Of a DNA stretch of 64,000 bases, positions 1-9,138 are shown one piece after another (positions within the stretch are counted from its first letter, which is position 1; each line of letters begins with the position of its first letter). Source of the stretch: Candidatus Shapirobacteria bacterium (GTDB lineage Bacteria; Patescibacteriota; Microgenomatia; UBA12405); the NCBI GenBank assembly GCA_018062705.1, contig JAGORQ010000001.1:21624-85623 (forward strand), in the 5' to 3' direction. The notes under the pieces are model-generated. The model had not been told where the DNA came from, ran no database searches, and was given only the letters and a program-made list of their open reading frames with translations. The position numbers and the translations under genes are program-made.

Positions 1-470
1 TTAGGATTGAGAGATAAGTTGGTAATAAAGTCGACGATTGATGATTCTTGATAGGCATTTAAGGCAAGCTTAGCCGATAAAACCTTGGTTACAGGATCAC
101 TATTAATTGATAATTTATTAAACAAAATATCGGGAGGTGTACTTTCTACCAGACTGCTAAGGCTACTTGAGTAATCTGGCTGTAAAAGATAAAACTTCTT
201 GATAAAACTTAGTCGATTTTGAAGTAATTGATAATCTTTTTCAAAAGGCTGAGTACTTTCCAAAATGGCCCGTCGTTGACGAATAATTTCTGATAAGTCT
301 GAATTTTTTCGATCGAGCCAAAAACGGGAAATAAAAGCGAGGATCACAAACAGCTCAGTGAAGACAATGACAAAACGACCGACCGAAGTTAACCAATTAG
401 TAATTCGGGCAATTAGTGAGGTAGGATTTTCTGATTCGGGAAGAAGTGAGAGCTCCTTTTTTTGCACCAT
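1..470 (-). CDS. PilN-like type IV pilus assembly protein, N-terminal part (gene continues beyond the window start)
   Basis: Open minus-strand frame, ATG at 470..468, absent from the ORF track because it is edge-truncated. Translation is MVQKKELSLLPE..., then a TM helix (FVIVFTELFVILAFISRFWL), then a coiled coil. The xxLLP N-terminus plus single TM plus coiled coil is the PilN architecture. Confidence 0.3.
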   Translation of the reverse strand, partial: MVQKKELSLLPESENPTSLIARITNWLTSVGRFVIVFTELFVILAFISRFWLDRKNSDLSEIIRQRRAILESTQPFEKDYQLLQNRLSFIKKFYLLQPDYSSSLSSLVESTPPDILFNKLSINSDPVTKVLSAKLALNAYQESSIVDFITNLSLNP

Positions 471-491
471 ATAAACAGTATATATGGGAAT

Positions 492-2105
492 TTATTTTTT
501 TGCGATAAATGCTTTGACGCGGTTAAGATATTTTTGATAGTCAGTGATTTCTTCGACTTGAAAAAGATTGGCTGATAGGATAAAAACGGTGAGTCCGACG
601 ACAGAAGTAAAACAAAACAAAATAAGAAGCGGTAGAGTTTTGGAAGTATCAAAAACGAACAAATCAAAAACCCTTAGGCTAAGCCAGGTAGAGAGTCCCA
701 TTAATACCGAGGCGAAAAGAATTTTTACAAAATTTAACAAAGTTTTAAGCCAGCCGGTGCCATCGATAACTCTGATGAAAATTATTAATAGTCCAAGACA
801 TTGAACTATATTACCAACTGAAGCGCTCAAGGCGAGTCCAAGTATTCCTAAATCTGTATAGTTAATAAAGAAAAAAGCGGTGCCGATGTTGGCAATTAAG
901 GAAATAAAGGATATTCGTAAAGGAGTTTTGGTGTCGTGAAGCGCATAAAAAGCTCGAACAAGGATTTGAATAACAGCTTGGGCAACAATAGCCGGGGTAA
1001 GATAGGCTAGAGTTTTGGCAGTTATGAGGGTGGCACTCCAGGGAAATTCGCGAGCACCAAATGCCAAACGAATTATGGCTACCCGATGAACTAGTAACAA
1101 TGTCGTCAGTGGGACGGCAATAAAAAGGCTTTGAAGAATGGTTTTACGGACAGTATTGCGAAAGAGATCGATTTCGTTGCGAGCAATGTTTTTCGAGAGA
1201 ATTGGCAAAGATGCCTGACCGATGGTGGTGCCAAAAATACGACTAGGAAGATACATTATTTGCATTGCCAAATTAAGAAGAGAGATTGATCCAGCCGAGA
1301 GTGAGCTCGCAAAAAACAAGGTAATGGTGTTTTCAATTTCTCCTAGACCAAGCGAAAGAGTGCGGGGGAACATTAGACGAATAACCTCCTTGACTCCGGA
1401 AAGATTTCGGTTGATGACAATTGCGTAGTTAAACCCGGTACCTTTTATAAAAGGAAGTTGAATACCAAAATGCAAAATAGCCCCAATTACAGCACCGTAA
1501 GCTATACCGTAAATTCCAAAAATTGGAGCTAGTGTGAATATACTCACAATAATTGCAAGGTTGTAAACAATGGGGGATAAAGACGGTACGATAAATATTT
1601 GATGAACCTGTAGAATGGCAGTGAAAAAATTGCTGATCAGGAAAAATATTTGAGCGAACAAAAGAATCCGAGTAAGTTCAGTCATTAAAGTTATCTGTTC
1701 GGCAGAGAATCCGGCAGCTATAATTGAGTTAAAAAATGGAGCAAAAATGAAGACGATCACAGAAATGACAATAAACACCAACAAAAGTAAATTTATGATA
1801 GTTGAGGCAATCTTGTTGGCCATTCGCTCGTCTTTGTGAAGATAGCTACTAAATACTGGAATAAATGAGGCGGACAGAGCTCCGGTGACCAAAAGTTTAA
1901 AAATTAGATCGGGAAGTCGAAAAGCGGCGTTATAGGCATCAAGTTGCAAGACACAGCAATTAAAAAAATAGGCGTATAGAAATTTGCTACGAAATAAGCC
2001 AAGTAAAGCGGACAGACCAAAAGTTACTCCTAAAACCAGTGAGGCAGATAAAATGCTGTTTTGTTTTCGAGAGCCAAGATTCAACAAGTGGTGGCCTATT
2101 TTCAT
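492..2105 (-). CDS. murJ: Lipid II flippase MurJ/MviN (537 aa polytopic membrane protein)
   Basis: 537-aa ORF with about 14 predicted TM helices and N/C regions typical of the MurJ/MviN family. Confidence 0.75.
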   Translation of the reverse strand: MKIGHHLLNLGSRKQNSILSASLVLGVTFGLSALLGLFRSKFLYAYFFNCCVLQLDAYNAAFRLPDLIFKLLVTGALSASFIPVFSSYLHKDERMANKIASTIINLLLLVFIVISVIVFIFAPFFNSIIAAGFSAEQITLMTELTRILLFAQIFFLISNFFTAILQVHQIFIVPSLSPIVYNLAIIVSIFTLAPIFGIYGIAYGAVIGAILHFGIQLPFIKGTGFNYAIVINRNLSGVKEVIRLMFPRTLSLGLGEIENTITLFFASSLSAGSISLLNLAMQIMYLPSRIFGTTIGQASLPILSKNIARNEIDLFRNTVRKTILQSLFIAVPLTTLLLVHRVAIIRLAFGAREFPWSATLITAKTLAYLTPAIVAQAVIQILVRAFYALHDTKTPLRISFISLIANIGTAFFFINYTDLGILGLALSASVGNIVQCLGLLIIFIRVIDGTGWLKTLLNFVKILFASVLMGLSTWLSLRVFDLFVFDTSKTLPLLILFCFTSVVGLTVFILSANLFQVEEITDYQKYLNRVKAFIAKK

Positions 2106-2120
2106 CAGGTTATTATATGG

Positions 2121-2126
2121 TATAAT
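2121..2126 (+). promoter_or_regulatory. TATAAT -10 box 7 nt upstream of the rpsT ATG (leaderless-type arrangement)
   Basis: tattatatggTATAATcccatctATG, read directly from the sequence. Confidence 0.35.
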
Positions 2127-2133
2127 CCCATCT

Positions 2134-2460
2134 ATGCCAATTGGAAGATCAGCAAAAAAATCACTGCGAAAAGCAGTAAAAAATCACAAGACTAACGTCT
2201 TTTTTAAAAACAAGCTTAAGCTTGTAATAAAAGAATATTTGGTTAAGCCGACAGAAAAAGGCTTGGTTGAAGTAGCCTCATTTGTGGATAAAGCCGTCAA
2301 AAAAAGCTTGATGCATATAAATAAGGCAGCCAGAATAAAATCACGTCTTTCAAAAATGCTTTCAGCACCAAAAGCTGAAGTAAAAACAAAAGCTGTGGTA
2401 AAAAAAGTTGTCAAGAAAGTACCAACTAAACGAACAGCCAAAGAAAAGATGTCAAAATAA
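2134..2460 (+). CDS. rpsT: 30S ribosomal protein bS20 with a Lys-rich C-terminal tail
   Basis: The internal Met of ORF 1984..2460 gives MPIGRSAKKSLRKAVKNHK...HINKAARIKSRL, a typical S20 sequence. The upstream 50 aa of the ORF are an artefact that overlaps the murJ start. Confidence 0.8.
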   Translation: MPIGRSAKKSLRKAVKNHKTNVFFKNKLKLVIKEYLVKPTEKGLVEVASFVDKAVKKSLMHINKAARIKSRLSKMLSAPKAEVKTKAVVKKVVKKVPTKRTAKEKMSK

Positions 2461-2494
2461 TTGAGTTGTATACTTAATTATTTTAATATCTTTA

Positions 2495-4264
2495 ATGAAC
2501 AAAAAATTTTACGTTACCACCCCGATTTATTATATAAACGATGTGCCTCATATTGGGCATACCTGCACTACTGTAGTGGCTGATATTTTGGCGCGAACTC
2601 ATCGCCAGGCGGGAGACGATGTGTTTTTTTTGACGGGGACTGATGAACATGGTCAAAAGGTTGCTGAGTGTGCTGAAAAAGAAGGGTTGGACCCTCAAAC
2701 TTACTGCGATAAAATTGCCCCGACTTTTGAAACTGCTTGGAAAGATTTAAACATTAGCTATGATTATTTTATAAGGACAACAAATCCCCAACACGAAGTT
2801 GTGGTGGCAGAATTGTTGCAGAAAATTTACGATGCGGGTGATGTTTACAAGGCGAAGTATGAAGGGTATTACTGTATTGGTTGTGAGAAATTTTTGACCG
2901 AAACTGACTTGGTCGATGGACACTGCCCACTTCATCCACCGGAGAAGACAGTTAAAAAGTCGGAAGAAAACTGGTTTTTTAAATTGTCAAAGTTTGTCCC
3001 ACAAATTATAGAAATTATTGAAAAAGAAAATTATATTTTCCCGGAAGGAAAGCGAGCTGAGGTGTTGGCAAAATTGAAGGGGGGAGTGACTGACATATCA
3101 CTATCTCGAGAAAATGTGTCATGGGGGATTCCCCTACCGTGGGATAAAAAACAAACTGCGTACGTATGGTTTGATGCCTTAATTAATTACTACAGCGCCA
3201 CCCAATTTGTCGAAGGCAAAAAAGACTTTTGGCCAGCAGATTTGCATTTGCTCGGAAAAGAAATTTTGTGGTTCCACACGGTTATTTGGCAAGCAATGTT
3301 GTTGTCGGCCAAAATTGGGTTGCCAAAAAAGACATATACTCATAGTTTTTATATGATCGACGGACAAAAAATGTCTAAAAGTTTGGGTAATGTGATTAGT
3401 CCGAAACAATTAATAGACTTGTTTGGAGTTGATGGCACCAGATATTTAATCGCCCGATCGTTTCCAGCGGAAAACGATGCTGATGTCGGTATTGGTAGAT
3501 TTGTGGAAAGATATAATGCAGATTTGGCGAACAACTTGGGTAATTTGGTGTCGAGAGTGTGTAAACTCGCAATCAAAATCCCCCTGTCTCCACCGAAGGC
3601 GGAGACCTCCCCCTTTGACGAAAGGGGGACTTATTTGGAATTAGTGAATAGTTTAAAACTGGATGAGGCGATAGGGTGGGTATTTGAAAAATTTATTGAT
3701 AAATCAAACAACAGACTAAATGAGGTGATGCCATGGAAATTGGAGGCAGATGACCCAAAAAGAATCGAGGTGTTGACTGAGTGTGTGAACAACTTAAGAC
3801 AGGTGGCATTTTATTTAAAACCAGTCATGCCTGATGTTTCTAAAAAAATAGAAGATTGTTTTGATGGTGAAGTTAAACCACTAGAAAGTTCGCTTTTTCC
3901 GCGGGTGGAAGTTCCCAAAATGGCTCCAAATTTGTTGATAAATAAAATCGTGATTGGGGAGATAAAAAATATAGAAAAATTGCCAGACAAGACAATTCAA
4001 AAAATTACGGTCGATGTAGGAACCAAAGAACTAAAAATTGTTTGTGGAGATTTAAGTCTAAAAGTTGGCGAAAAAGTACCAGTGGCACTGCCGGGATCGA
4101 GGGTGAATGATGTTAATGGCGGCAAGAGAAAAATTAAAAAAGGCAAGGTTCATGGAGTCGAATCGGAAGGAATGCTGTGCTCTGGGCTGGAACTAGGGAA
4201 AAATAAAGATGGTGAATTAATTTATAGAGTTGAGGGAGTGGTGGGGGAAGAGATAAATGATTGA
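2495..4264 (+). CDS. metG: Methionyl-tRNA synthetase with a C-terminal EMAP/Trbp111-like tRNA-binding domain
   Basis: Carries the class I HIGH motif (PHIGH) and KMSKS (KMSKS) plus the LANNLGNL anticodon-domain motif. The C-terminal ~100 aa are OB-fold tRNA-binding. Confidence 0.9.
   Translation: MNKKFYVTTPIYYINDVPHIGHTCTTVVADILARTHRQAGDDVFFLTGTDEHGQKVAECAEKEGLDPQTYCDKIAPTFETAWKDLNISYDYFIRTTNPQHEVVVAELLQKIYDAGDVYKAKYEGYYCIGCEKFLTETDLVDGHCPLHPPEKTVKKSEENWFFKLSKFVPQIIEIIEKENYIFPEGKRAEVLAKLKGGVTDISLSRENVSWGIPLPWDKKQTAYVWFDALINYYSATQFVEGKKDFWPADLHLLGKEILWFHTVIWQAMLLSAKIGLPKKTYTHSFYMIDGQKMSKSLGNVISPKQLIDLFGVDGTRYLIARSFPAENDADVGIGRFVERYNADLANNLGNLVSRVCKLAIKIPLSPPKAETSPFDERGTYLELVNSLKLDEAIGWVFEKFIDKSNNRLNEVMPWKLEADDPKRIEVLTECVNNLRQVAFYLKPVMPDVSKKIEDCFDGEVKPLESSLFPRVEVPKMAPNLLINKIVIGEIKNIEKLPDKTIQKITVDVGTKELKIVCGDLSLKVGEKVPVALPGSRVNDVNGGKRKIKKGKVHGVESEGMLCSGLELGKNKDGELIYRVEGVVGEEIND
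3577..3630. repeat. Family E two-hairpin element, in-frame inside metG (encodes ~IPLSPPKAETSPFDERGT)
   Basis: aatccccctgtc-[gtctccaccgaaggcggagac]-ctccccctttgacgaaagggggac. It has the same architecture and near-identical flanks as the intergenic copies at 43497 and 46373. Confidence 0.5.
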
Positions 4265-4985
4265 TACACATTGCCACCTAAGAAACACTGAGGATATTAA
4301 AATTAAGGGCCTAGAGTTTGCGGTGTTGTCGGCAAGCAATTTGGAAGACTCAAAAGAAAATGTCAAATTACAAATGTCAAATGACAAATTAAAGGCATCG
4401 GTGGGGGTACATCCGCAAGAATTAATTACTAATTACGAATTACTAATTACTAATTTAGAAGAATTACTAAGTCAAAATAAAGAAATTGTTGCGGTAGGGG
4501 AATGTGGACTAGACTTTAGTGCCGAAAACTACGATAGACATTCTCAAGAAATTATGTTTAGGGCGCAAATTTGTTTGGCTTTGAAATATGATAAGCCGTT
4601 GATAATTCATAGTCGGAAGGCGATGGACGAAACGTTGGAAGTGTTGAAAAGTTACAAAAACTTACGAGGAGCAATTCATTGTTATAGTGGGGGAATTAAG
4701 CGAATTAAAAAAGTTTTGGAGCTACCCGGAGAGTGGTTCTTTGGTATCGATGGAAATTTAACCTATGAAGCGGGATTGCAGGAAGTAGTAAAAAATATAC
4801 CGAAGGACAGGCTAGTGCTCGAGACTGACAGTCCAGAGTTGACCCCCATCCCCCATCGGGGTGAAAAAAATTATCCGGAGTATGTAAAATTTATTTATCA
4901 AAAAGTGGCAGAGATTTGGGTGATGAGCTTGAAAGAAACTGAGGAATTGATTGATGGGAATGCGAAAAGAATTTTTGATATTTAG
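4257..4985 (+). CDS. tatD: TatD family metal-dependent DNase/hydrolase
   Basis: Has the MIDTHCHL N-terminus and other TatD His/Glu/Asp motifs. It overlaps the metG end by 8 nt. Confidence 0.8.
   Translation: MIDTHCHLRNTEDIKIKGLEFAVLSASNLEDSKENVKLQMSNDKLKASVGVHPQELITNYELLITNLEELLSQNKEIVAVGECGLDFSAENYDRHSQEIMFRAQICLALKYDKPLIIHSRKAMDETLEVLKSYKNLRGAIHCYSGGIKRIKKVLELPGEWFFGIDGNLTYEAGLQEVVKNIPKDRLVLETDSPELTPIPHRGEKNYPEYVKFIYQKVAEIWVMSLKETEELIDGNAKRIFDI
4421..4471. repeat. (TTACTAAT)n microsatellite copy inside the tatD coding sequence (encodes ELITNYELLITNLEELL)
   Basis: attaattactaattacgaattactaattactaatttagaagaattactaag. The same octamer repeat occurs at 5986 and 41565. Confidence 0.4.
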
Positions 4986-4986
4986 C

Positions 4987-5229
4987 GGGTTTGGGCAAGC
5001 CAAACCCCTACTTTACCTTGGCTGTATCGGGTTTGGGCAAGCCAAACCCCTACTTTACTTTGGCAACTTTGGGTTTGGGCAAGCCAAACCCCTACTTTAC
5101 CTTGGCTGTATCGGGTTTGGGCAAGCCAAACCCCTACTTTACCTTGGCTGTATCGGGTTTGGGCAAGCCAAACCCCTACTTTACCTTGGCTGTATCGGGT
5201 TTGGGCAAGCCAAACCCCTACTTTACTAA
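4987..5229. repeat. Tandem array of ~5.8 copies of a 42-bp REP-like unit (GGGTTTGGGCAAGCCAAACCCCTACTTTACCTTGGCTGTATC), each with a GGGTTTGG/CCAAACCC hairpin
   Basis: Exact 42-nt periodicity starting at 4987, 5029, 5071, 5113, 5155 and 5197. ORF-track entries 4951..5229 and 4991..5257 are translations of this array. Confidence 0.85.
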
Positions 5230-5231
5230 AA

Positions 5232-5711
5232 TTGTATATGCGACTTTTAAACGGTAGGCATACTATTCGACGACAAAAAGTAGATTACACAAAACCAAAT
5301 TGTTTTATGGTGACCATTTGTGCCAATAAATTTGGTTATTATTTCGAAAAATATCCAGAATTAAAAAAGATTATTGAAGATAATTTATTAAAAATTTCTG
5401 GTGACTTTGCCAATACTAGGTTAGGTGAATATGTGGTAATGCCAAACCATATCCACTTTATATTGACAATGAGATATCAAATAAAAAATGTAAGTTTGGG
5501 GAAAATTATTGCCACATTTAAATCGAGAGTCGTAACTGACTGGCTAAAAGTAATAAACGATCAAAAACTTAATTCTTTAGCAAAAATTTGGCAAAGAAAT
5601 TATCACGAACATATTATTAGAAATAAAGATGAGTTTGAAGCTTACACTAAATATATCGTTAATAATCCAAAAAATTGGCTAAATGATTCATACCACGTTT
5701 CGGTAAAGTAG
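5232..5711 (+). CDS. IS200/IS605-family Y1 HuH transposase, REP-associated tyrosine transposase (RAYT)-like
   Basis: HuH motif (PNHIHFIL), N-terminal KPNCFMVTIC motif, and C-terminal YHEHIIRN...YIVNNPKNW typical of TnpA_REP/RAYT. The gene is flanked by REP copies in inverted orientation. Confidence 0.75.
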   Translation: MYMRLLNGRHTIRRQKVDYTKPNCFMVTICANKFGYYFEKYPELKKIIEDNLLKISGDFANTRLGEYVVMPNHIHFILTMRYQIKNVSLGKIIATFKSRVVTDWLKVINDQKLNSLAKIWQRNYHEHIIRNKDEFEAYTKYIVNNPKNWLNDSYHVSVK

Positions 5712-5748
5712 GGGTTTTGCTTGCCCAAACCCGACTTACTTTAAAAAA
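5711..5748. repeat. Single inverted copy of the 42-bp REP unit immediately 3' of RAYT1
   Basis: ggggttttgcttgcccaaacccgacttacttt is the reverse complement of the unit core GGGTTTGGGCAAGCCAAACCCCTAC, with 2 mismatches. Confidence 0.6.
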
Positions 5749-5978
5749 TCATTAACAATGTTTTCCAGTTCTTTTTGAGAAGGGTAGCGGTCGATCAAAG
5801 CGACTTCGTTGTCGATTAGCAAAATAGTGTTGCCTTGGTAGCCTCGTGCGTAAGCTTTGTTGAGATCTTTGGAATACTCGGGTTCGTTTTCAATTTGAAG
5901 ACGTTTGCAGACAACTTCCAAATCAGCAAATAATTTTTTACCTTGAGGCAAGCCTCGATCAAAAAGTTGAATTCGCAT
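5736..5978 (-). CDS. Small glutaredoxin-like (thioredoxin-fold) protein lacking the CxxC motif
   Basis: 80 aa. The beta-alpha-beta pattern (RIQLF...KKLFADLEVVCKRL...GNTILLIDNEVAL...ELENI) resembles Grx/NrdH, but no CxxC is present. Confidence 0.3.
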   Translation of the reverse strand: MRIQLFDRGLPQGKKLFADLEVVCKRLQIENEPEYSKDLNKAYARGYQGNTILLIDNEVALIDRYPSQKELENIVNDFLK

Positions 5979-5985
5979 AAAAAAA

Positions 5986-6015
5986 ATTACTAATTACTAA
6001 TTAATAATTACTAAT
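5986..6015. repeat. (TTACTAAT)n microsatellite immediately upstream of the ATG of the minus-strand gene 5736..5978
   Basis: attactaattactaattaataattactaat. Confidence 0.4.
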
Positions 6016-6022
6016 GAGAAAC

Positions 6023-6784
6023 TTAAGTTAGTATAGCAGTAGGTGGTGAAGTTAGATTTTCAAGTAAGCAGGCGATGGTGAGTGGCCCAATACAGCCATA
6101 GGTTGGGGTGATATAGCCAGCTACTTCTGAAACTTCGGTAAAATTTACATCACCACTGGCAGCATCAATCACTATGGCACCGGGTTTGATATAGTCTTTG
6201 GTCACGAGGCCTTTGACGCCGGTGGCAGAAATAAGAAGATCGGCTCCCCTGCTGATTTCTGAGATATTTTTGGTGAATTCATTGCAAAGTGTAACTTGAA
6301 TTTTTTTGGATAATAAAAATTTTTCCAAAGGTTTGCCAATCAAATTTGAATCGTTGATAATTACCGCAGTTTTTACCGTAGGGAGGAGTTGGTATTCAAT
6401 TAGAAGATGAACAATACCTTTAACTACTGCTGGGGTGTAGGGTGAATTTGGAGTAAGCCCATCAACATCTTTCGATTGAACTATGGATGATAAAATTATA
6501 TTTTTGTCAAGATTACTTGGTAGCGGAAGTTGGACAAAAAATCCGGTAACTTGGGGATTATTATTTAGATTATTAATTAGAGAAATGATTTCTTGTTCAG
6601 AAATTGTTTGGGGCAAGGAGTGGATAACACAGTCCTGACCAATCTCTTGGCACTTTTGTTGTTTAAGAGACACATACTTGAGACTGGCAGGATTGTCCCC
6701 CACCAAGATTATGTGGAGTGTGCCTCGAGGCTGGAGATTGGAAATTATTTTATTGGCAAGTGTTTTACCATCAAGAAGTACCAT
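6023..6784 (-). CDS. folD: Bifunctional methylenetetrahydrofolate dehydrogenase/cyclohydrolase
   Basis: LVGDNPASLKYVSLKQQKC, a GxGxxG NAD(P) site and a PGAIVIDAA-type C-terminus. Confidence 0.85.
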   Translation of the reverse strand: MVLLDGKTLANKIISNLQPRGTLHIILVGDNPASLKYVSLKQQKCQEIGQDCVIHSLPQTISEQEIISLINNLNNNPQVTGFFVQLPLPSNLDKNIILSSIVQSKDVDGLTPNSPYTPAVVKGIVHLLIEYQLLPTVKTAVIINDSNLIGKPLEKFLLSKKIQVTLCNEFTKNISEISRGADLLISATGVKGLVTKDYIKPGAIVIDAASGDVNFTEVSEVAGYITPTYGCIGPLTIACLLENLTSPPTAILT

Positions 6785-6792
6785 GGTGTATT

Positions 6793-7371
6793 CTATCTAA
6801 AAATGGTGGAAAAGACATTCCAGACAAAGTGGTTGGCAATGGGAGCGTAAATTGAGCCGGTGACAAAAAATAAATAGATATCAACAAAACCAGATACAAA
6901 GTTACTAATACAATAAGTTAATAAATCGTAACCTGAGTAGTGGAGCTGAAAAATTGCCAGAGGTAGGTGAGTAAAAGTAAAAAATAAACCATTGGCAATT
7001 AGGGCCAGCCATGAGGGCTTAAAAAATTTTAACCAACGATTGAGCAAAAAACCGCGAAAAAATATTTCTTCGGTAAGGGCAGTGGCCAGGCAAACTAAAA
7101 TAGTTAAAAATATTTGGGTTGATTGAAATTCAAAATGTTTGGTAAATAGCCGCTCGAGGGAAAAGACCAAACCAACCCCTAGACCAATTAAAATATTTTG
7201 AAAAACTTTTTTATTAACGAAGCCGAGATTTTTGAATTTGGTGATCAAGTATATCGGTAGTAGCCAAATGAGAGGTTTGAGCAAAAATTCGTCGAGATAT
7301 AAACTTTCAGGAAAAGCTAGTCGATAGAAAGACCAGGTGAGAAAAACAATAAAGGCAATGATGAATGACAC
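6793..7371 (-). CDS. CPBP family (CAAX/Abi) intramembrane metalloprotease
   Basis: EEIFFRGFLL (EExxxR) motif plus FxxxH motif (FTFTHL) in a 6-TM protein. Confidence 0.6.
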   Translation of the reverse strand: MSFIIAFIVFLTWSFYRLAFPESLYLDEFLLKPLIWLLPIYLITKFKNLGFVNKKVFQNILIGLGVGLVFSLERLFTKHFEFQSTQIFLTILVCLATALTEEIFFRGFLLNRWLKFFKPSWLALIANGLFFTFTHLPLAIFQLHYSGYDLLTYCISNFVSGFVDIYLFFVTGSIYAPIANHFVWNVFSTIFR

Positions 7372-7487
7372 AATTTATTTTAATATAGATTCCCGCCTTC
7401 GCGGGAATGACAATTTATTGAAACGGGAATGACGTTTTGTCTGGTCTGGTATAACTTTGGAATTTGATTTAACTTTGATATTTTTTG

Positions 7488-7515
7488 TTAGAGACGCGCC
7501 ATGGTGCGTCTCTAC
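7488..7515. repeat. Family B palindrome (TTAGAGACGCGCC ATG GTGCGTCTCTAC) just 3' of the map stop
   Basis: Perfect inverted repeat. The outer GAGACGC/GCGTCTC stems are shared with 7 other copies. Confidence 0.6.
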
Positions 7516-7525
7516 GGAGAAGATA

Positions 7526-8284
7526 TCAGAGTCGAGTTAATACCTCACAACCATTTTCGGTTATCAAAACAGTATGTTCGAATTGGGCAGAAAGTGAACC
7601 GTCATGAGTGCGGATAGTCCAACCATCATTTTTGTCCAACACTACTTGCCAGTCGGAAGAAGCGTTGACCATTGGCTCAATGGTAAAAATCATGCCTGGT
7701 TTTAAGACAGTGTCGTCGGAACGGTTGGCAAAATGATAAACGAACGGATCTTCGTGAAACTTGACTCCAACGCCGTGCCCACCTAGGTCGCGGACGATAC
7801 CATAACCATATTGACGAAGATAGTTGTCGATAACTTTACCGACACAATCATTGATGTTTTTGCCAGGTCGGAGTGCCGAAATCGCTAAGTCTAGTGATTG
7901 GCGGGTCCGATCGAGCAATTGGGAGGCTTTTTTATCCACCTGACCAACCGGATATGAGGCGGAGGTGTCGCCATAATAACCGTTTAAAATAGTGGTGATA
8001 TCGAGGTTGATGATATCGCCGGTTTTGAGGATATCTTTGGGGGACGGGATACCGTGGCAAACCACATTATTGATAGAAGTGCAGAGGCTTTTGGGGAAGC
8101 CATTGTAATTTAGTGGGGCAGGAATTGCGCCATGATCAAGAATAAATTTATGGACAGCAGTATTTAGTTCTTCAGTTGAAGTCCCCTCTCTGACAAACTT
8201 TGAGGCAAAAATTAGAGTCTCGGCTGCCAATTTAGAAGATTTTCTAATTCCCTCGATTTGTTCGGGAGTTTTGATAATAATCAT
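7526..8284 (-). CDS. map: Methionine aminopeptidase type I
   Basis: Conserved metal-binding D/D/H/E/E context (DIINLDIT, HGVG, FTIEPM, EHTV). Confidence 0.9.
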   Translation of the reverse strand: MIIIKTPEQIEGIRKSSKLAAETLIFASKFVREGTSTEELNTAVHKFILDHGAIPAPLNYNGFPKSLCTSINNVVCHGIPSPKDILKTGDIINLDITTILNGYYGDTSASYPVGQVDKKASQLLDRTRQSLDLAISALRPGKNINDCVGKVIDNYLRQYGYGIVRDLGGHGVGVKFHEDPFVYHFANRSDDTVLKPGMIFTIEPMVNASSDWQVVLDKNDGWTIRTHDGSLSAQFEHTVLITENGCEVLTRL

Positions 8285-8305
8285 ATTGGTTGATTATAGC
8301 GCAGA

Positions 8306-8402
8306 ATCGTCATTGCGAGGAGTCTTATCATACGATCCCCAAAGGGGACAGGCTACACAATCCCAACGAGATTGCCACGACCTTCGGCCTCGCAATGACG
8401 TT
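8306..8402. repeat. Family C composite element (TCGTCATTGCGAGG ... CAATCCCAACGAGATTGC ... CCTCGCAATGACG) between the deacetylase stop and the map start
   Basis: 13-bp terminal inverted repeats enclose a CCAACGAGATTGC module that is shared with 38199, 54715 and 57268. Confidence 0.5.
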
Positions 8403-9138
8403 AATTTAATAACTCGGATAATTTAACAAAATTAAAGCCCTTGGATCGGAGATAGGGAATGGTAGCCTCGAGGGCCTCAGCAGAGTGAGGGGCATTTTTG
8501 TTGCCATGAAAATGGAAGAGTAAAATCGAACCATTTTGGGTTTTGGTTTTGATACTATTAATAATTGCCGGGAGATTGTCGTTAAAAGAATCGGTGCTGG
8601 CGGCATCCCAACCAACAACGGTTAAGCCGTACCTATTTGCCAGTTTAATATCAGTATCAGTTTGGCAACCACCCGGAAAACGAAAAAAATTGGGAGTAAT
8701 ACCAGTGATTTTTTTGATGGCTGATTGGGATTTTTCAAACTCCCCGTCACCACCCCAGGTGGGCATAGCAGGTAGGGCGAAGCATTGGTCAGCAAAACGA
8801 GGATGAGAGTAAGAATGGTTGGCAATTTCAAACAGTGGGTTACTAGCTAATTGACGTGATATATCTGGATAAAGCTCGGCCCACATACCGGACATAAAAA
8901 TTGTGGCGGGAATTTTTTCCCGTTCCAAAATTTCGACTATTTTATCGTTGTACCATGACTTTACTTTACCTTGTTTTAATTCTTCTACCATACCGGGGGT
9001 CATGTCAGCATCAAAAGTTAAGGCAATATTTGGTTGGGTTCGCGGTCCGTGGCTGACGTACGAAATAAATTTTGGCGAATCGACTGAGGTGGTGTGAACA
9101 TTGAAAAACGAAACTAGAAACAAAAAGAACTTAGTCAT
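8401..9138 (-). CDS. Polysaccharide deacetylase (CE4/NodB domain), secreted
   Basis: TFDADMTPGM...ANHSYSHP...LLFHFHG motifs. N-terminal signal/TM from the internal Met (MTKFFLFLVSFF). Confidence 0.75.
   Translation of the reverse strand: MTKFFLFLVSFFNVHTTSVDSPKFISYVSHGPRTQPNIALTFDADMTPGMVEELKQGKVKSWYNDKIVEILEREKIPATIFMSGMWAELYPDISRQLASNPLFEIANHSYSHPRFADQCFALPAMPTWGGDGEFEKSQSAIKKITGITPNFFRFPGGCQTDTDIKLANRYGLTVVGWDAASTDSFNDNLPAIINSIKTKTQNGSILLFHFHGNKNAPHSAEALEATIPYLRSKGFNFVKLSELLN

Larger units (their letters stand above)
4987..5748 (+). mobile_element. REP array - RAYT - inverted REP unit
   Basis: Transposase bracketed by its cognate palindromic repeats in opposite orientations, the canonical RAYT/REP arrangement. 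Confidence 0.55.

Noticed and set aside
413-667. ORF 413..667 (-) and 568..804 (+)
   Set aside because: They are alternative-frame or antisense artefacts that overlap the better-supported PilN-like frame and murJ.
1984-2133. N-terminal 50 aa of ORF 1984..2460
   Set aside because: They overlap the murJ start on the opposite strand. The S20 homology begins at the internal Met at 2134, which has a TATAAT box upstream.
4987-5229. Possible CRISPR array
   Set aside because: The units are directly adjacent 42-mers with no unique spacers, and no cas genes are present. It is a REP/BIME-type array next to a RAYT.
4951-5257. ORF-track entries 4951..5229 and 4991..5257 (repetitive peptides GFGQAKPLLY.../GKPNPYFTLAVSGL...)
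   Set aside because: They are translations of the 42-bp REP tandem array in two frames, not genes.
7389-7408. Hairpin ATTCCCGCCTTCGCGGGAAT as a terminator for map
   Set aside because: There is no clear U-tract on the relevant strand. A related hairpin at 45706 does have a T-run and was listed with low confidence instead.
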